64,000 bases of DNA. Origin: Nitrososphaerota archaeon. GTDB taxonomy: Archaea; Thermoproteota; Nitrososphaeria_A; Caldarchaeales; Calditenuaceae. A model generated the notes under the pieces. It did not search any database. It saw only the letters and a list, made by a program, of their open reading frames with translations, and had not been told where the DNA came from. Below are positions 54,894 to 64,000 of the stretch, piece after piece. Where the stretch lies: the NCBI GenBank assembly GCA_041641295.1, contig JBEPYO010000001.1:1248001-1312000 (forward strand), written 5' to 3'. Position numbers and translations under genes: made by a program. Numbering within the stretch: position 1 is the stretch's first letter; each line of letters starts with the position of its first letter.

Positions 54894-55579
54894 TGCGCCT
54901 ACTCGCCCTCTACACTGGTGGAAAAGACTCGACGCTTTCTCTCCACATGGCCCGGGAGGCCGGGCACGAGATAGCACTGCTCGTTACCGCACGCTCATTA
55001 GAGAGGGACTCGTGGATGTTCCACACCACCTGTATAGGGGTCCAACACCTTCAGGCCAAGGCGATGGGCCTAGAGCACAGATACGTCGACGTCAGTGGGA
55101 GAAAGGAGGCTGAGGTCCAGGAGCTCTGCGAGGCTTTGCGAGGCCTCGTGAAGGAATACGGCGTAGAAGGATTGCTCAGCGGTGGACTGGCAAGCAGGTA
55201 TCAGCGCGATAGGATCGAGTGGCTTGCGGGGCGTCTAGGTCTAAAGCATGTCGCGCCCTGCTGGGGGATGGGGCCTCGCGAAGTCATGAGCGAGGTACTG
55301 GCTAGGGGATACTACGTCATGATAGTGGCGGTGAGTGCCCATGGACTTGGCCCCGAGTGGCTGGGCAGGCGGCTGGACCGCGAGTCTGTTGAGCTGCTCG
55401 CCACACTCTCCGAGCGCCATGGATTCAATTTGGCAGGTGAGGGTGGAGAGTATGAAACCCTCGTCCTAGATGCGCCCTTCTTCAGTGATTCGTTGCGGAT
55501 AGAGGCTGAGCCGGTCTGGCTCGGTGACAGGGGATATCTCAGGCTTATAAAGGCCTCACTCACCCCTAAGATCTCTTAA
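54893..55579 (+). CDS. Diphthine--ammonia ligase (Dph6 family)
   Basis: TGGKDS, SWMFH, S.YQ and AGEGGEYETLVLDAP motifs. Confidence 0.9.
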   Translation: MRLLALYTGGKDSTLSLHMAREAGHEIALLVTARSLERDSWMFHTTCIGVQHLQAKAMGLEHRYVDVSGRKEAEVQELCEALRGLVKEYGVEGLLSGGLASRYQRDRIEWLAGRLGLKHVAPCWGMGPREVMSEVLARGYYVMIVAVSAHGLGPEWLGRRLDRESVELLATLSERHGFNLAGEGGEYETLVLDAPFFSDSLRIEAEPVWLGDRGYLRLIKASLTPKIS

Positions 55580-56083
55580 AATTGTGTATGTGAGCCCCCA
55601 AACGACGACGTCACCCCAGATATAGGCGTCGACCTCAGCCAAGCCACGGGACGTCTCCACCATACGTCTACCCTTCTCCAGCCCATATAGCGGCGCCCAC
55701 CTGTAGTCCTCCAGCTCCTCCGCAAGCCTGACAGGCAGCCTCTCCGAGGCTAGGAAGACCAGAGGATAGACCGTCAGCTCAGGCCTATTTCTCGGACTCC
55801 TAGGCGTAAGCCAGCCCAGCAGCCTCAGATCCTTAGACTCTATACTCACCTCCTCCCAGACCTCCCTAAGAGCAGTATCGAGCAGATTACCGTCCAACTC
55901 CTTCCAAAACCCGCCTGGAAGCGCCCAATGCCCGCTCCAAGGATCTCCAGCCCTATACCCCCTCTTTACGAGGAGAACATCACCGTCCTCAGTCAATATT
56001 GCCGAGACCGCGCACTCCCTCCGACCACCAGTCGGAGCAACATCGCGTTTAACGAGTGGGAGGCGGGTAATCCAGTCAACCAC
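55556..56083 (-). CDS. Nudix hydrolase (CoA pyrophosphatase-like)
   Basis: DPWSGHWALPGG...TALREVWEEV Nudix box and VWGLT. Confidence 0.88.
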   Translation of the reverse strand: MVDWITRLPLVKRDVAPTGGRRECAVSAILTEDGDVLLVKRGYRAGDPWSGHWALPGGFWKELDGNLLDTALREVWEEVSIESKDLRLLGWLTPRSPRNRPELTVYPLVFLASERLPVRLAEELEDYRWAPLYGLEKGRRMVETSRGLAEVDAYIWGDVVVWGLTYTILRDLRGE

Positions 56084-56148
56084 TCTAATAAACTCTGAAA
56101 GGAATATTATTTTAGGATGAATGGGCCTATCTTGATTTAGGCCTGGTT

Positions 56149-59100
56149 TTGAAGTCGGTATATGTCTCGCTCTGCCCCAACTGTGAGGGCGAAATAACTG
56201 ACGAGGAGCTGATAGAGCTCGGAGTATGCAGGCAGTGCCTCCTAGAGGGCCTGAAGGAGGGTGGCCGGCTCCGGATTAGGCCCGGGAAATACGTTCCGGT
56301 GCTGGAGCTGGAGGAGAGGTTCAAGGAATTTGAGGCCTTCTTCAACATGATCGTAGGTTCGCGTCCATGGTCGCTTCAGAGGACTTGGGCTAGGAGGGTC
56401 CTACTGGGAAGGAGCTTTTCACTAATATCCCCCACAGGGACCGGCAAGACGACATTCTGCCTAGCAATGGCACTCTACCAAGCCACCAAGGGGAAGAAAT
56501 CCTACATACTGGTCCCCACCAGCCTCCTAGTCCAACACCTCCTCGAGAGGGCGGCCGCCCTAGCCGCCAGGCTGGGAGAGAAACAGCCCAAGATACTCGG
56601 ATACTACTCGGGCATGAAGAAAAATGCCGCCAGCCAGGCGCTTCAACAAATAGCCGAGGGAGACTTCGACATACTGATCACAACAGATAGATTCCTCTAC
56701 AGCAGATTCGAACTACTCCGAGACAAGAAGTTCTCATTCATTTTTGTGGATGATGTCGACTCCTTCCTGAAATCTCCAAAAAATATTGACAAGGTATTAC
56801 TGCTAATGGGGTTCACTCTCGAGGAGATTGGAAAATACCTCGAATTAATTTCAGGTAAATCTGGCGAGGCTGGAGAAGATAACCAGTATGAGGAATCCAT
56901 GAGCAATGATAGGGAGCTGGACTCCGTACTCCTCGTCTCAGGGGCTACTGTGCGGGGTCGGAGAACCAAGAGAATGAGACTGTTTAGACTTGCACTCAAC
57001 TTTGAGCCAGGAAGCTCAGTAGACCTCGTCAGAAATATCTCCAACATGTATCTGCGACAGGGAACAAGTCTCTGGGAGGATGTCGCAGGTCTCATAGAGA
57101 GGCATGGCGGAGGATGCCTAGTGTTTGTCCCACAGGTGGCGGGTGTTGACTCGGCGAAACAGTTGGCACAGTATCTGAACAGCCGGGGGATAAAGGCCTA
57201 CGCCTACGAGAGGATGAATGCAAAGATGCTGGAGCGTTTCAGGTCAGGAGAATACGACGTCCTAGTGGGTGTGGCTAGTACTAGAAGCCCGCTGGCGAGA
57301 GGTATTGACCTGCCGGAGCGGATAAGGTATGTGATCTTCGCCGGAGTGCCGAGGCGAGAGTTAAATGTGTCTTGGAATGAGCATCGACCCTCAATGCTTC
57401 TAAGCGTCCTCAGGAATTTAGCACCGATTATTAGGGAGAAGAGGGAGGTGGAACTCGCCCAAGTAATGGAGATGCTAAACAAGTGTGTTCCGACGCGGAG
57501 CGAGATACTGGAAGCGGTTAAGCAAGGGCTCGAGAGTGGAAAGCCTCCAGAGGGGTTTGCGGGCTACGTATACTCAGCGGTTACGAGGGCGCACCAGCTC
57601 CTGAAATCCTCGATCGGAGAGGAGGAGCTGAGAAGGATTGCAGAGATGCTGGACCTAAAGATTCGCGTAGATGAAAAGGGCATCTCCATACTGATACCTG
57701 ACATTGATGGATACGTTCAGGCGTCTGGCCGCTCATCGAGAATGTTCGCAGGAGGCATAACTAGGGGAATCTCCATCCTAATAGTTGATGACGAGAAGGC
57801 CTTTAGAGGCATTTCAAGGGGGTTGGAAGCCCTCTACGAGGAGACGTTCCAAGAGTATCAGCCAGACTTGGCGGCGGAGGAGTTCAAACTCTGTGATAGG
57901 GACAGAAAACTTCTACAGGCTATAAACATCGGAGAGGTGAGGCCTGAGGCAATAGACATTCTAAAATCATCCCTAATAATAGTTGAGTCACCTACTAAGG
58001 CCAGAACACTAGCCTACTTCTTCGGAAAGCCGGCTAGGCGAATCATCGACGGATTAACAGTCTACGAGTCGGTAGGTGAGGGGTATGTTGCATGCCTCTC
58101 CGCCTCCCAGGGACATGTAGTGGACTTGACAACCAGCTTCGGATTCCACGGTGTGGCACTGGTAGACGGCGAGTTCGTACCCACATACGTCGACATTAAG
58201 AGGTGTTTGAGGTGTGGGGAGCAGTTTACTGATGGTGAGTTATGTCCCAACTGTGGCTCAAAGAGATTCTACAGCAAGCGCACCATCATCGAGTCTCTCC
58301 GTAAGCTCTCACTAGAGTTTGACACGGTCTTCATAGCCACTGACCCCGATGCTGAGGGTGAGAAGATTGGCTACGACATATACGTGAACATCAAGCCTTT
58401 CAATAAGTCGATTAAGAGGCTCGAGTTCCACGAGATAACGAGGAAGGCTCTCCGCGACGCCCTAAAATCTCCCCGAGACATCTCGCTCCCCCTAGTAGAG
58501 TCTCAGACTGTCAGGAGGATAGAGGATAGGTGGGTGGGCTTCGAGCTCAGCAGGCGTCTCTGGGAGCACTTCGGCAAGAAGCACCTGTCGGCTGGACGGG
58601 TTCAGACCCCTGTGCTTGGCTGGATCCTCCAGAGGATGGAGGAGGCGAAGAAGAAGCGGATAGTTGCGACGATGGTGCTTGAGGACGGCTCTGAGATAGT
58701 GCTGGAGAACCTACAGGACGTGGAAGATGTTAAAAAGCATTACAGAGAGGGCACGCTCCAAGTAGAGATAACAAATGTGGATGTCGTTGATACCCCACTC
58801 CCGCCGCCGCGCCCCTACACCACCGACTCACTCCTCCGCGACGCCTCTATCATTCTCAGGATGGGAACCGCCGAAGCGATGCAGGTGGCTCAGAGACTCT
58901 TCGAGTCCGGACTGATAACATACCACAGGACCGGGTCAACCTATGTCTCTAGCACTGGAATTGGTGTGGCTAAGAGCTACATCGGTGAGAACTTTCCAGA
59001 GCTCTTCTCGCCGAGGCACCATGGAGAGCCTGGCGCTCACGAGTGCATCAGGCCGACAAGGCCGCTCAATAGAAGGCAGCTAGAGCTCTACCTCCAGTCG

Positions 59101-59700
59101 GGCATGATCAGAATACCTATGCGGCTGGAGAGCAGGGACCTAGCCCTCTACGACCTCATCTTTAGACGCTTTATGGCCAGCCAGATGAGGGAGGCTCTAC
59201 TGCGGAGGCAGGTCGCTAAGGTGAGGGTGGTTGACCGCGAGTATGAGGTTGAGAGGATTGTTGATGTGCTGGAGCCCGGTTTTCTCAGGGTCTTCCAGAC
59301 TGTTAGGGTCCTTAAGCCGCTGACACCGGGTACTCACAAGGTGGTTAGCCTCGATGTGAGGAGTGTCCAGGCCGCCCCCCTGTTCCGCGAGGGAGACATA
59401 ATAGCCCTCATGCGGGAGAGAGGAATAGGCCGTCCAAGCACGTATGCAAGGATACTCAGCGTCCTCTATAAGAGAGGATACATCTTCAACAACAGGGGCA
59501 GAGTACTGGCTACAAGGCTTGGAAGGATAGTCTACGAGTATCTCGCATCCAACTTTGGGCCACTTGTTTCAGAGGAGTTGACGAGGAGGCTGGAGGAGCT
59601 TATGGAGAAGGTTGAATCAGGTGAGGTGGGCTATCAAGAGGTCCTTAAAGAGCTCTATAACGAGGCGTTGCTAATCTCGAAGCTTCCTGAGAAGGCGTGA
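56149..59700 (+). CDS. rgy: Reverse gyrase
   Basis: N-terminal Zn finger CPNC...CRQC, PTGTGKT, DDVD, RGIDLP, QASGR, TOPRIM VESPTKA and DPDAEGE, SAGRVQ, ITYHRT and GIGRPSTY; no intein seen. Confidence 0.97.
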   Translation: MKSVYVSLCPNCEGEITDEELIELGVCRQCLLEGLKEGGRLRIRPGKYVPVLELEERFKEFEAFFNMIVGSRPWSLQRTWARRVLLGRSFSLISPTGTGKTTFCLAMALYQATKGKKSYILVPTSLLVQHLLERAAALAARLGEKQPKILGYYSGMKKNAASQALQQIAEGDFDILITTDRFLYSRFELLRDKKFSFIFVDDVDSFLKSPKNIDKVLLLMGFTLEEIGKYLELISGKSGEAGEDNQYEESMSNDRELDSVLLVSGATVRGRRTKRMRLFRLALNFEPGSSVDLVRNISNMYLRQGTSLWEDVAGLIERHGGGCLVFVPQVAGVDSAKQLAQYLNSRGIKAYAYERMNAKMLERFRSGEYDVLVGVASTRSPLARGIDLPERIRYVIFAGVPRRELNVSWNEHRPSMLLSVLRNLAPIIREKREVELAQVMEMLNKCVPTRSEILEAVKQGLESGKPPEGFAGYVYSAVTRAHQLLKSSIGEEELRRIAEMLDLKIRVDEKGISILIPDIDGYVQASGRSSRMFAGGITRGISILIVDDEKAFRGISRGLEALYEETFQEYQPDLAAEEFKLCDRDRKLLQAINIGEVRPEAIDILKSSLIIVESPTKARTLAYFFGKPARRIIDGLTVYESVGEGYVACLSASQGHVVDLTTSFGFHGVALVDGEFVPTYVDIKRCLRCGEQFTDGELCPNCGSKRFYSKRTIIESLRKLSLEFDTVFIATDPDAEGEKIGYDIYVNIKPFNKSIKRLEFHEITRKALRDALKSPRDISLPLVESQTVRRIEDRWVGFELSRRLWEHFGKKHLSAGRVQTPVLGWILQRMEEAKKKRIVATMVLEDGSEIVLENLQDVEDVKKHYREGTLQVEITNVDVVDTPLPPPRPYTTDSLLRDASIILRMGTAEAMQVAQRLFESGLITYHRTGSTYVSSTGIGVAKSYIGENFPELFSPRHHGEPGAHECIRPTRPLNRRQLELYLQSGMIRIPMRLESRDLALYDLIFRRFMASQMREALLRRQVAKVRVVDREYEVERIVDVLEPGFLRVFQTVRVLKPLTPGTHKVVSLDVRSVQAAPLFREGDIIALMRERGIGRPSTYARILSVLYKRGYIFNNRGRVLATRLGRIVYEYLASNFGPLVSEELTRRLEELMEKVESGEVGYQEVLKELYNEALLISKLPEKA

Positions 59701-59763
59701 TACGGGTCTTGGCGAGAAGTTTTAATACGTCGAGACTGGGGAAGGAATAAGGGTAGGCCGGGA

Positions 59764-59877
59764 ATGTCGCCAAGCCAATTCTTCGACATGCTGTATACGA
59801 ACGCCTACATCCTATTCCTCATAGGCCTCTCAATCTACGCCCTCTACATCATCTACACCAATATCCGCTCTGACTAG
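59764..59877 (+). CDS. Putative 37-aa single-TM microprotein (absent from the ORF track)
   Basis: MSPSQFFDMLYTNAYILFLIGLSIYALYIIYTNIRSD; TTTTAATA near 59720; overlaps the 3' tail of the ttuA-like ORF. Confidence 0.55.
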   Translation: MSPSQFFDMLYTNAYILFLIGLSIYALYIIYTNIRSD

Positions 59878-60816
59878 TCCACCCTCCCTGCCGAGGAGGC
59901 TGGAGACTTGGCTCTCCAACTCGCATGCGCGGCAGATGGTTCTAGAAGATGGCTCGCCGCATAGCTGGCATGGTGTTAGGGCTCCCTCGCGGGGGATTAT
60001 GCTTGACTCGATGGTTTTGAGGGCGGCAAATAGTGAGCCCGGGTATCTCGACTCATACTGGGCCAGGAAAGTTCTCACCAAGTCTCGCTGGGAGTTTTGG
60101 GCGTTTGGGCAGGGTATCTCTTGGAAGGGTATGCGGCTGAGATAGGCGTATAGGACGACCTCCTCCTCCGGAATCAGTCTAAGTGGTGCTACGCGGGGGA
60201 TGATACCGTTTCCCTCCCGCCTCAAGCCTATCGGCGCCTTTGGGAACTCGCCGCGTAGAATATCCATTATGTAGGTCTGGACTATGTCGTCGAGTGTGTG
60301 GGCCGTGGCGACGACAGTTGCCTTCAGATCCCTTGCGGCTAGGCTGATGGCCTTTCTCCGCCAGACCCCGCAGAGGGTACAAGCACCCAGCCCCAGCCGG
60401 CCCAAGACACCCCTATTCATAGCCTCGGCCAGGCCCAATCCGAACAGGTCCTCGAATGTGTATACGCGGTGCTCGACCCCGAGCCTCCTACACATGTCGG
60501 CAGCGAGTCTCAGGGCCTCGTCCCTGTAGCCCGGAATACCCTCGTCTATCGAGACAGCGACAAGGCTCGCCCTAGGGTAATCTCTCTCAATCCTTGCGAG
60601 GATCTTGAGGAGGGTTAGGCTGTCTTTGCCGCCCGAGACCGCTACGAGTATTCTGTCATCCTCCCTCAGGAGGTTGTATCTCGAGATGGTCTTCCTAACA
60701 CGCTTCTCTATGCTCTCCTTGAAGCAGGAGGCGCAGAAGCTTACCCCCGAGTAGACCTGCCTGTAGACTGGCTGGGCCTCTCCGCACACATCGCAGACCT
60801 TAGACCCTGTCTCCAA
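59830..60816 (-). CDS. ttuA: tRNA 2-thiouridine synthase, TtuA/Ncs6 family
   Basis: Zn fingers at both ends, PP-loop SGGKDS, CTLCG and a distal CP (three Fe-S ligands). Confidence 0.88.
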   Translation of the reverse strand: METGSKVCDVCGEAQPVYRQVYSGVSFCASCFKESIEKRVRKTISRYNLLREDDRILVAVSGGKDSLTLLKILARIERDYPRASLVAVSIDEGIPGYRDEALRLAADMCRRLGVEHRVYTFEDLFGLGLAEAMNRGVLGRLGLGACTLCGVWRRKAISLAARDLKATVVATAHTLDDIVQTYIMDILRGEFPKAPIGLRREGNGIIPRVAPLRLIPEEEVVLYAYLSRIPFQEIPCPNAQNSQRDLVRTFLAQYESRYPGSLFAALKTIESSIIPREGALTPCQLCGEPSSRTICRACELESQVSSLLGREGGLVRADIGVDDVEGVD

Positions 60817-60862
60817 GCCAAATCTACTCTGCAGCCCTGGGTTATAGTCTTGGCGGATGGTT

Positions 60863-62482
60863 TTAGAGTGCTTTAGCAGGATGTTTTAGTATCCCGGCCC
60901 TAATACTGCCTGGTTTGGGCGTGTAGGCCGGATGCCCTATGGCCACGACTGTCACCATTTCCAAGCCTTCTGAACTTGGTGAGAAAAACTCTACGCAGTC
61001 GTCGTCGTAGAATGTGAGTCCGGTGGCGCCGAGGCCGAGCGCGTAGGCGGATAGGTAGAGCCTCCCAAGCCTTATCCCGCCCTCGAGCTGGACTGCGCGG
61101 TATCCCCGCCCACCAAGCACCTCTAAGACCCTGTCCAAGTCGGCCATGTTGAAGAAGACTACGGCTGCATCCCGGCCTAGGGCCTGTTCTAGGCATAGGT
61201 AGCCGGCGGCCTCCCTGAACTGCCCCTTCCTCAAGAGACGCAGCTCGCCCGTTGAAGGCACATATCGGTAACAGCCGCTAGGAATACCCTCCACCGCATT
61301 CACGATCAAGTAGGGGTGGATTAGCGTGTAGCTAGGGTCTGGCAGGAAATCAGCCCTCAGAGGGCCGAAGCTGTACCTGAGTATTGCTGAGAGCTGGGTG
61401 GCTCCGATGCTCCTCCTCGCAAACTTTCTGGTTGAGCCGCGCTGTAGAATCACCTCCCAGAGCCTCTTCTCTGTCGGCGCCGGCTGGGGTGGTTGGACTG
61501 GAAGCCCAGCACCCCCATCTCCATCTGACTCGTGTAGCAGGGCTGCAGCCCTCTTCCAAGCCGCAACATCATCGCCAGATCTGAGCATGGTTGAGGCATG
61601 TGTCTCAGAGATTAGAGAGTATTTCACAGGCCTGCCTCTCTGGGGGGCAGGAACAGCCTCGACGGCTCCGGCAACCCTCTCGGGAGCCTCTGAGCCTACA
61701 GCCTCCGCTCCGCCACCTAGTGTTATGACCGCGAAGGCCGCCTCATCCTCACCATCAACGCCCACCAACTCGTTCACAACAGAATCATCAAATCCTACGT
61801 GAAGCACTGCCTCGAGGCCGAACGAGCAAGCAACTGCTAGGAAATTGGCGATCATCGCGCCCCCGTCCCAGAACCAGTGCCTATAACTCCTCTCCCTATA
61901 CTTCCAAGCATTCCTCCAGCCGCAGGCAGTGAAGACAACACTAAGCACCGAGCGTAAGACGCCCTCATCTTGGACGGCAGAGGCTAATACGCGCCTGTAA
62001 TCCCCCCTCCTCAGCCTAGTGAGGACAAACTCGCCCGGATCAAAATGGTAGACACCAGCCTCCAAGCCCTCAGCCACACCAATCACAGGGTAGAGCTCGG
62101 TGCTGTGCAGCGCGCCAGTAGCTGGCGCCACCCTAAAGTAAATGTAATGATCGCCGACGCGCTCTACGCGGCTTATCCCCGCAGTGAAGTAGAGGAGTGA
62201 GGCTAGGAGACTGGGTGATACGGTGGGTTGCGGCTTAGAATCTGTGCTACACAAGAGAGCGTCTAGGGCCGGAGTCTCAGGCTTCTCAAACTCTTTTGGG
62301 AGTTGAAGCTTCTCACCTGTCACATAGTATTTGAACGGGTATGGCTTGTTAGAGAAGTCGAGGAAGCCGGAGCCCACCCTGATGCTGGCATAGCTGTGTT
62401 TGGTTGACTCGTGATATTTGTGAGCTATGTCGGAGCCCCATTTTCCAAGCGAAGGGTGGGGTGGCAAATAATTATCCACCAC
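60863..62482 (-). CDS. SagB/ThcOx-family tandem nitroreductase-fold flavoprotein
   Basis: YHESTKHS, FRVAPATGAL..TELY and WKYRERSYR..FWDGG; second domain RGSTRKF...RGYRAVQLEGG...GATGLTFYDD. Confidence 0.88.
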   Translation of the reverse strand: MVDNYLPPHPSLGKWGSDIAHKYHESTKHSYASIRVGSGFLDFSNKPYPFKYYVTGEKLQLPKEFEKPETPALDALLCSTDSKPQPTVSPSLLASLLYFTAGISRVERVGDHYIYFRVAPATGALHSTELYPVIGVAEGLEAGVYHFDPGEFVLTRLRRGDYRRVLASAVQDEGVLRSVLSVVFTACGWRNAWKYRERSYRHWFWDGGAMIANFLAVACSFGLEAVLHVGFDDSVVNELVGVDGEDEAAFAVITLGGGAEAVGSEAPERVAGAVEAVPAPQRGRPVKYSLISETHASTMLRSGDDVAAWKRAAALLHESDGDGGAGLPVQPPQPAPTEKRLWEVILQRGSTRKFARRSIGATQLSAILRYSFGPLRADFLPDPSYTLIHPYLIVNAVEGIPSGCYRYVPSTGELRLLRKGQFREAAGYLCLEQALGRDAAVVFFNMADLDRVLEVLGGRGYRAVQLEGGIRLGRLYLSAYALGLGATGLTFYDDDCVEFFSPSSEGLEMVTVVAIGHPAYTPKPGSIRAGILKHPAKAL

Positions 62483-62530
62483 GGGTCAGGGTGAGCTGGT
62501 CTCTTCACAGCTCAGGTGAGACAAATCTCA

Positions 62531-63748
62531 TCATTCCTGCGATATGTTCCGCCGCCCAGTAGATATATTTTTCCAAGCCTCTAGGCTCGAACCGTCAAAA
62601 ACATAGACTTCCTCAAGCGTCTTGGCAACTGCGTCGTCAAGCCCCAGTCTCCCCCACTCATGCTCCACATCCTCGAGTCTGGGCCTGGGTATGGGGTGCT
62701 TAGATATTATCGAGCAGCAGTCCTTATAGTCACGTGTGGAGAGTTCGTAGAGGCCTAGAGTCTTAGAGAGGCGTATAATCTCCTCCTTGTCATAGCCCGC
62801 TAGCGGGCGGAGCACTACCAGCCGTAGGCCATAAGAGGCCGCGTGGAGGGCCTCAAGGGTTTGAGAAGCAACCTGGCCCACCGAGTCTCCGGTAACAATG
62901 GCCTTCGCCCCAATCTCTAGGCTCAAGGCCTCGGCGAGTCTGAGCATGAACCTCCTGAAGAGGGCCAGCTCGAGTCTTGGCTTCGCAGTGATTGCGCCGC
63001 TCATGAAGTGGTGGTAGGGTGCGAGGAAGAGCCTCGAGAGGGGGCTCGTCTCTCTTAGCTTGAGGAAGAGCTCACCAATCTTATCAGATATAGCGTCCTG
63101 CGGTGTGGGTAGCGCGTATATGTGGAGCATGTCCACGATGCATCCACGCTTCATCATCAGCCAAGCCGCGACAGGCGAGTCCAGCCCTCCGGAGAGGAGT
63201 GCCAGCACCCTCCCCGACGCGCCCACAGGCAGCCCACCTACCCCCTCAATACGACGCCAACCAAAGAGAAACACGTCGTCAAGCACGTTCACCCAAAAAA
63301 CCGTCTCCGGATTCTCCAAATCCACCATCGCCCCGCTCGAACTTCTTATACGCTCACCCAGCTCCCGCATAATCTCGAGCGAGGTCTTCGGATAAGACTT
63401 GTCAGCCCGCGACACTTCAACCGCTATGCGGGATGGCTTAAGCTCCCTCGCCTTCTCCACAGCTATCTGCATGAGCAGCCCGTAGTCCCGCGGAACTAGA
63501 TACCCTATGCGGACCCACCTCACGCCAGGTATTCTGCTTACCCGCTGTGCCAGCTCCTCAGAATCTTCACCGCTCCTCGGCTCAACTATTATCCTCGCCT
63601 GCTTCCGATACACCTTTGCCCCGTGTACACTGACTGCGTCGGCGATGTTCTTGGCCAGCAGCCTCATATATCTGGGCCGGTTTCCTCCCTTCAGCATTAT
63701 CTCAGAGGCCGCCACTATTATCGCAGGTCTCCACAGACTCTCTGCCAT
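62531..63748 (-). CDS. thiI: tRNA 4-thiouridine synthase ThiI/TtuI (no rhodanese domain)
   Basis: EIMLKGGNR, THUMP domain, GGLPVG, SGGLDS, GDSVGQVASQT, RPL..YDK and DCC; start trimmed to ATG 63748. Confidence 0.93.
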   Translation of the reverse strand: MAESLWRPAIIVAASEIMLKGGNRPRYMRLLAKNIADAVSVHGAKVYRKQARIIVEPRSGEDSEELAQRVSRIPGVRWVRIGYLVPRDYGLLMQIAVEKARELKPSRIAVEVSRADKSYPKTSLEIMRELGERIRSSSGAMVDLENPETVFWVNVLDDVFLFGWRRIEGVGGLPVGASGRVLALLSGGLDSPVAAWLMMKRGCIVDMLHIYALPTPQDAISDKIGELFLKLRETSPLSRLFLAPYHHFMSGAITAKPRLELALFRRFMLRLAEALSLEIGAKAIVTGDSVGQVASQTLEALHAASYGLRLVVLRPLAGYDKEEIIRLSKTLGLYELSTRDYKDCCSIISKHPIPRPRLEDVEHEWGRLGLDDAVAKTLEEVYVFDGSSLEAWKNISTGRRNISQE

Positions 63749-63853
63749 CCTCTCCCCATAAATCATGAAGGGCTGGTTCAACCTAAAAGTTATGGAGACT
63801 GTTTTCCACGAGTAGGAATCCTTGAATAACTGGTTTAGCGTATCTTAGGTGGG

Positions 63854-64000
63854 GTGGAGGACTGGAGCTGGGCTTCGGCGGGTGGCGCTGAGAAGAACTT
63901 AGAGTCCTTCAGCTGCAGTGTCTGCCACGGGGTAGCGAAGAACTGCAGCCTAATGAAATGCCCATTCTACCGAGACACCATAAGGGAGGCCCTAAAATCC
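63854..64000 (+). CDS. 5' end of a gene, probably an Nre-family DNA repair protein (partial)
   Basis: GTG start; reads MEDWSW...CSVCHGVAKNCSLMKCP..., matching the CxxCxG-x4-C-x4-CP N-terminus of NreA; runs off the window. Confidence 0.55.
   Translation, partial: MEDWSWASAGGAEKNLESFSCSVCHGVAKNCSLMKCPFYRDTIREALKS

Noticed and set aside
59764-59877. Small ORF as a RiPP precursor for the SagB-like enzyme
   Set aside because: It is a hydrophobic TM-like peptide with no Cys/Ser/Thr-rich core, lies on the opposite strand, and no cyclodehydratase is present.
1-64000. CRISPR arrays, tRNA/rRNA genes, transposases, integrases, inteins
   Set aside because: I found none by eye. Intergenic gaps are short and accounted for, but small guide RNAs could be missed without a covariance-model search.

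Overview
This is a gene-dense, core-genome window from a thermophilic archaeon. Evidence for that is a reverse gyrase, ribosomal proteins L44e/S27e/L37e, Gins51, an Lsm protein, an archaeal SRP RNA and TATA-box promoters. The gene set suggests a TACK lineage such as Caldarchaeales/Aigarchaeota, which is inference only. The window carries branched-chain amino acid genes in two blocks (ilvB, two ACT proteins and ilvC; ilvD-leuB), a pst phosphate operon with two PhoU-type regulators, hisAFI, aconitase and a haloarchaeal-type isocitrate lyase. It also carries pentose-catabolism genes (GH51, KdaD-like, DopDH-like), isoprenoid genes, a three-gene GT4 cluster, a surface ABC/BNR-propeller locus and a ttuA-SagB-like-thiI cluster. 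I saw no CRISPR array, tRNA, rRNA or intact mobile element. The strongest leads are: (1) a phosphomevalonate decarboxylase-like enzyme whose catalytic Asp is replaced by Gln; (2) a cleanly halved GT4 pseudoenzyme beside a wHTH gene and an inverted-repeat operator; (3) a ThrC-like enzyme paired with a ubiquitin-like sulfur carrier; (4) a SagB-like flavoprotein between two tRNA thiolases; (5) a phased ATATAG box in the pst promoter; and (6) several small ORFs absent from the ORF track. All product calls come from motif recognition by eye, with no database search.
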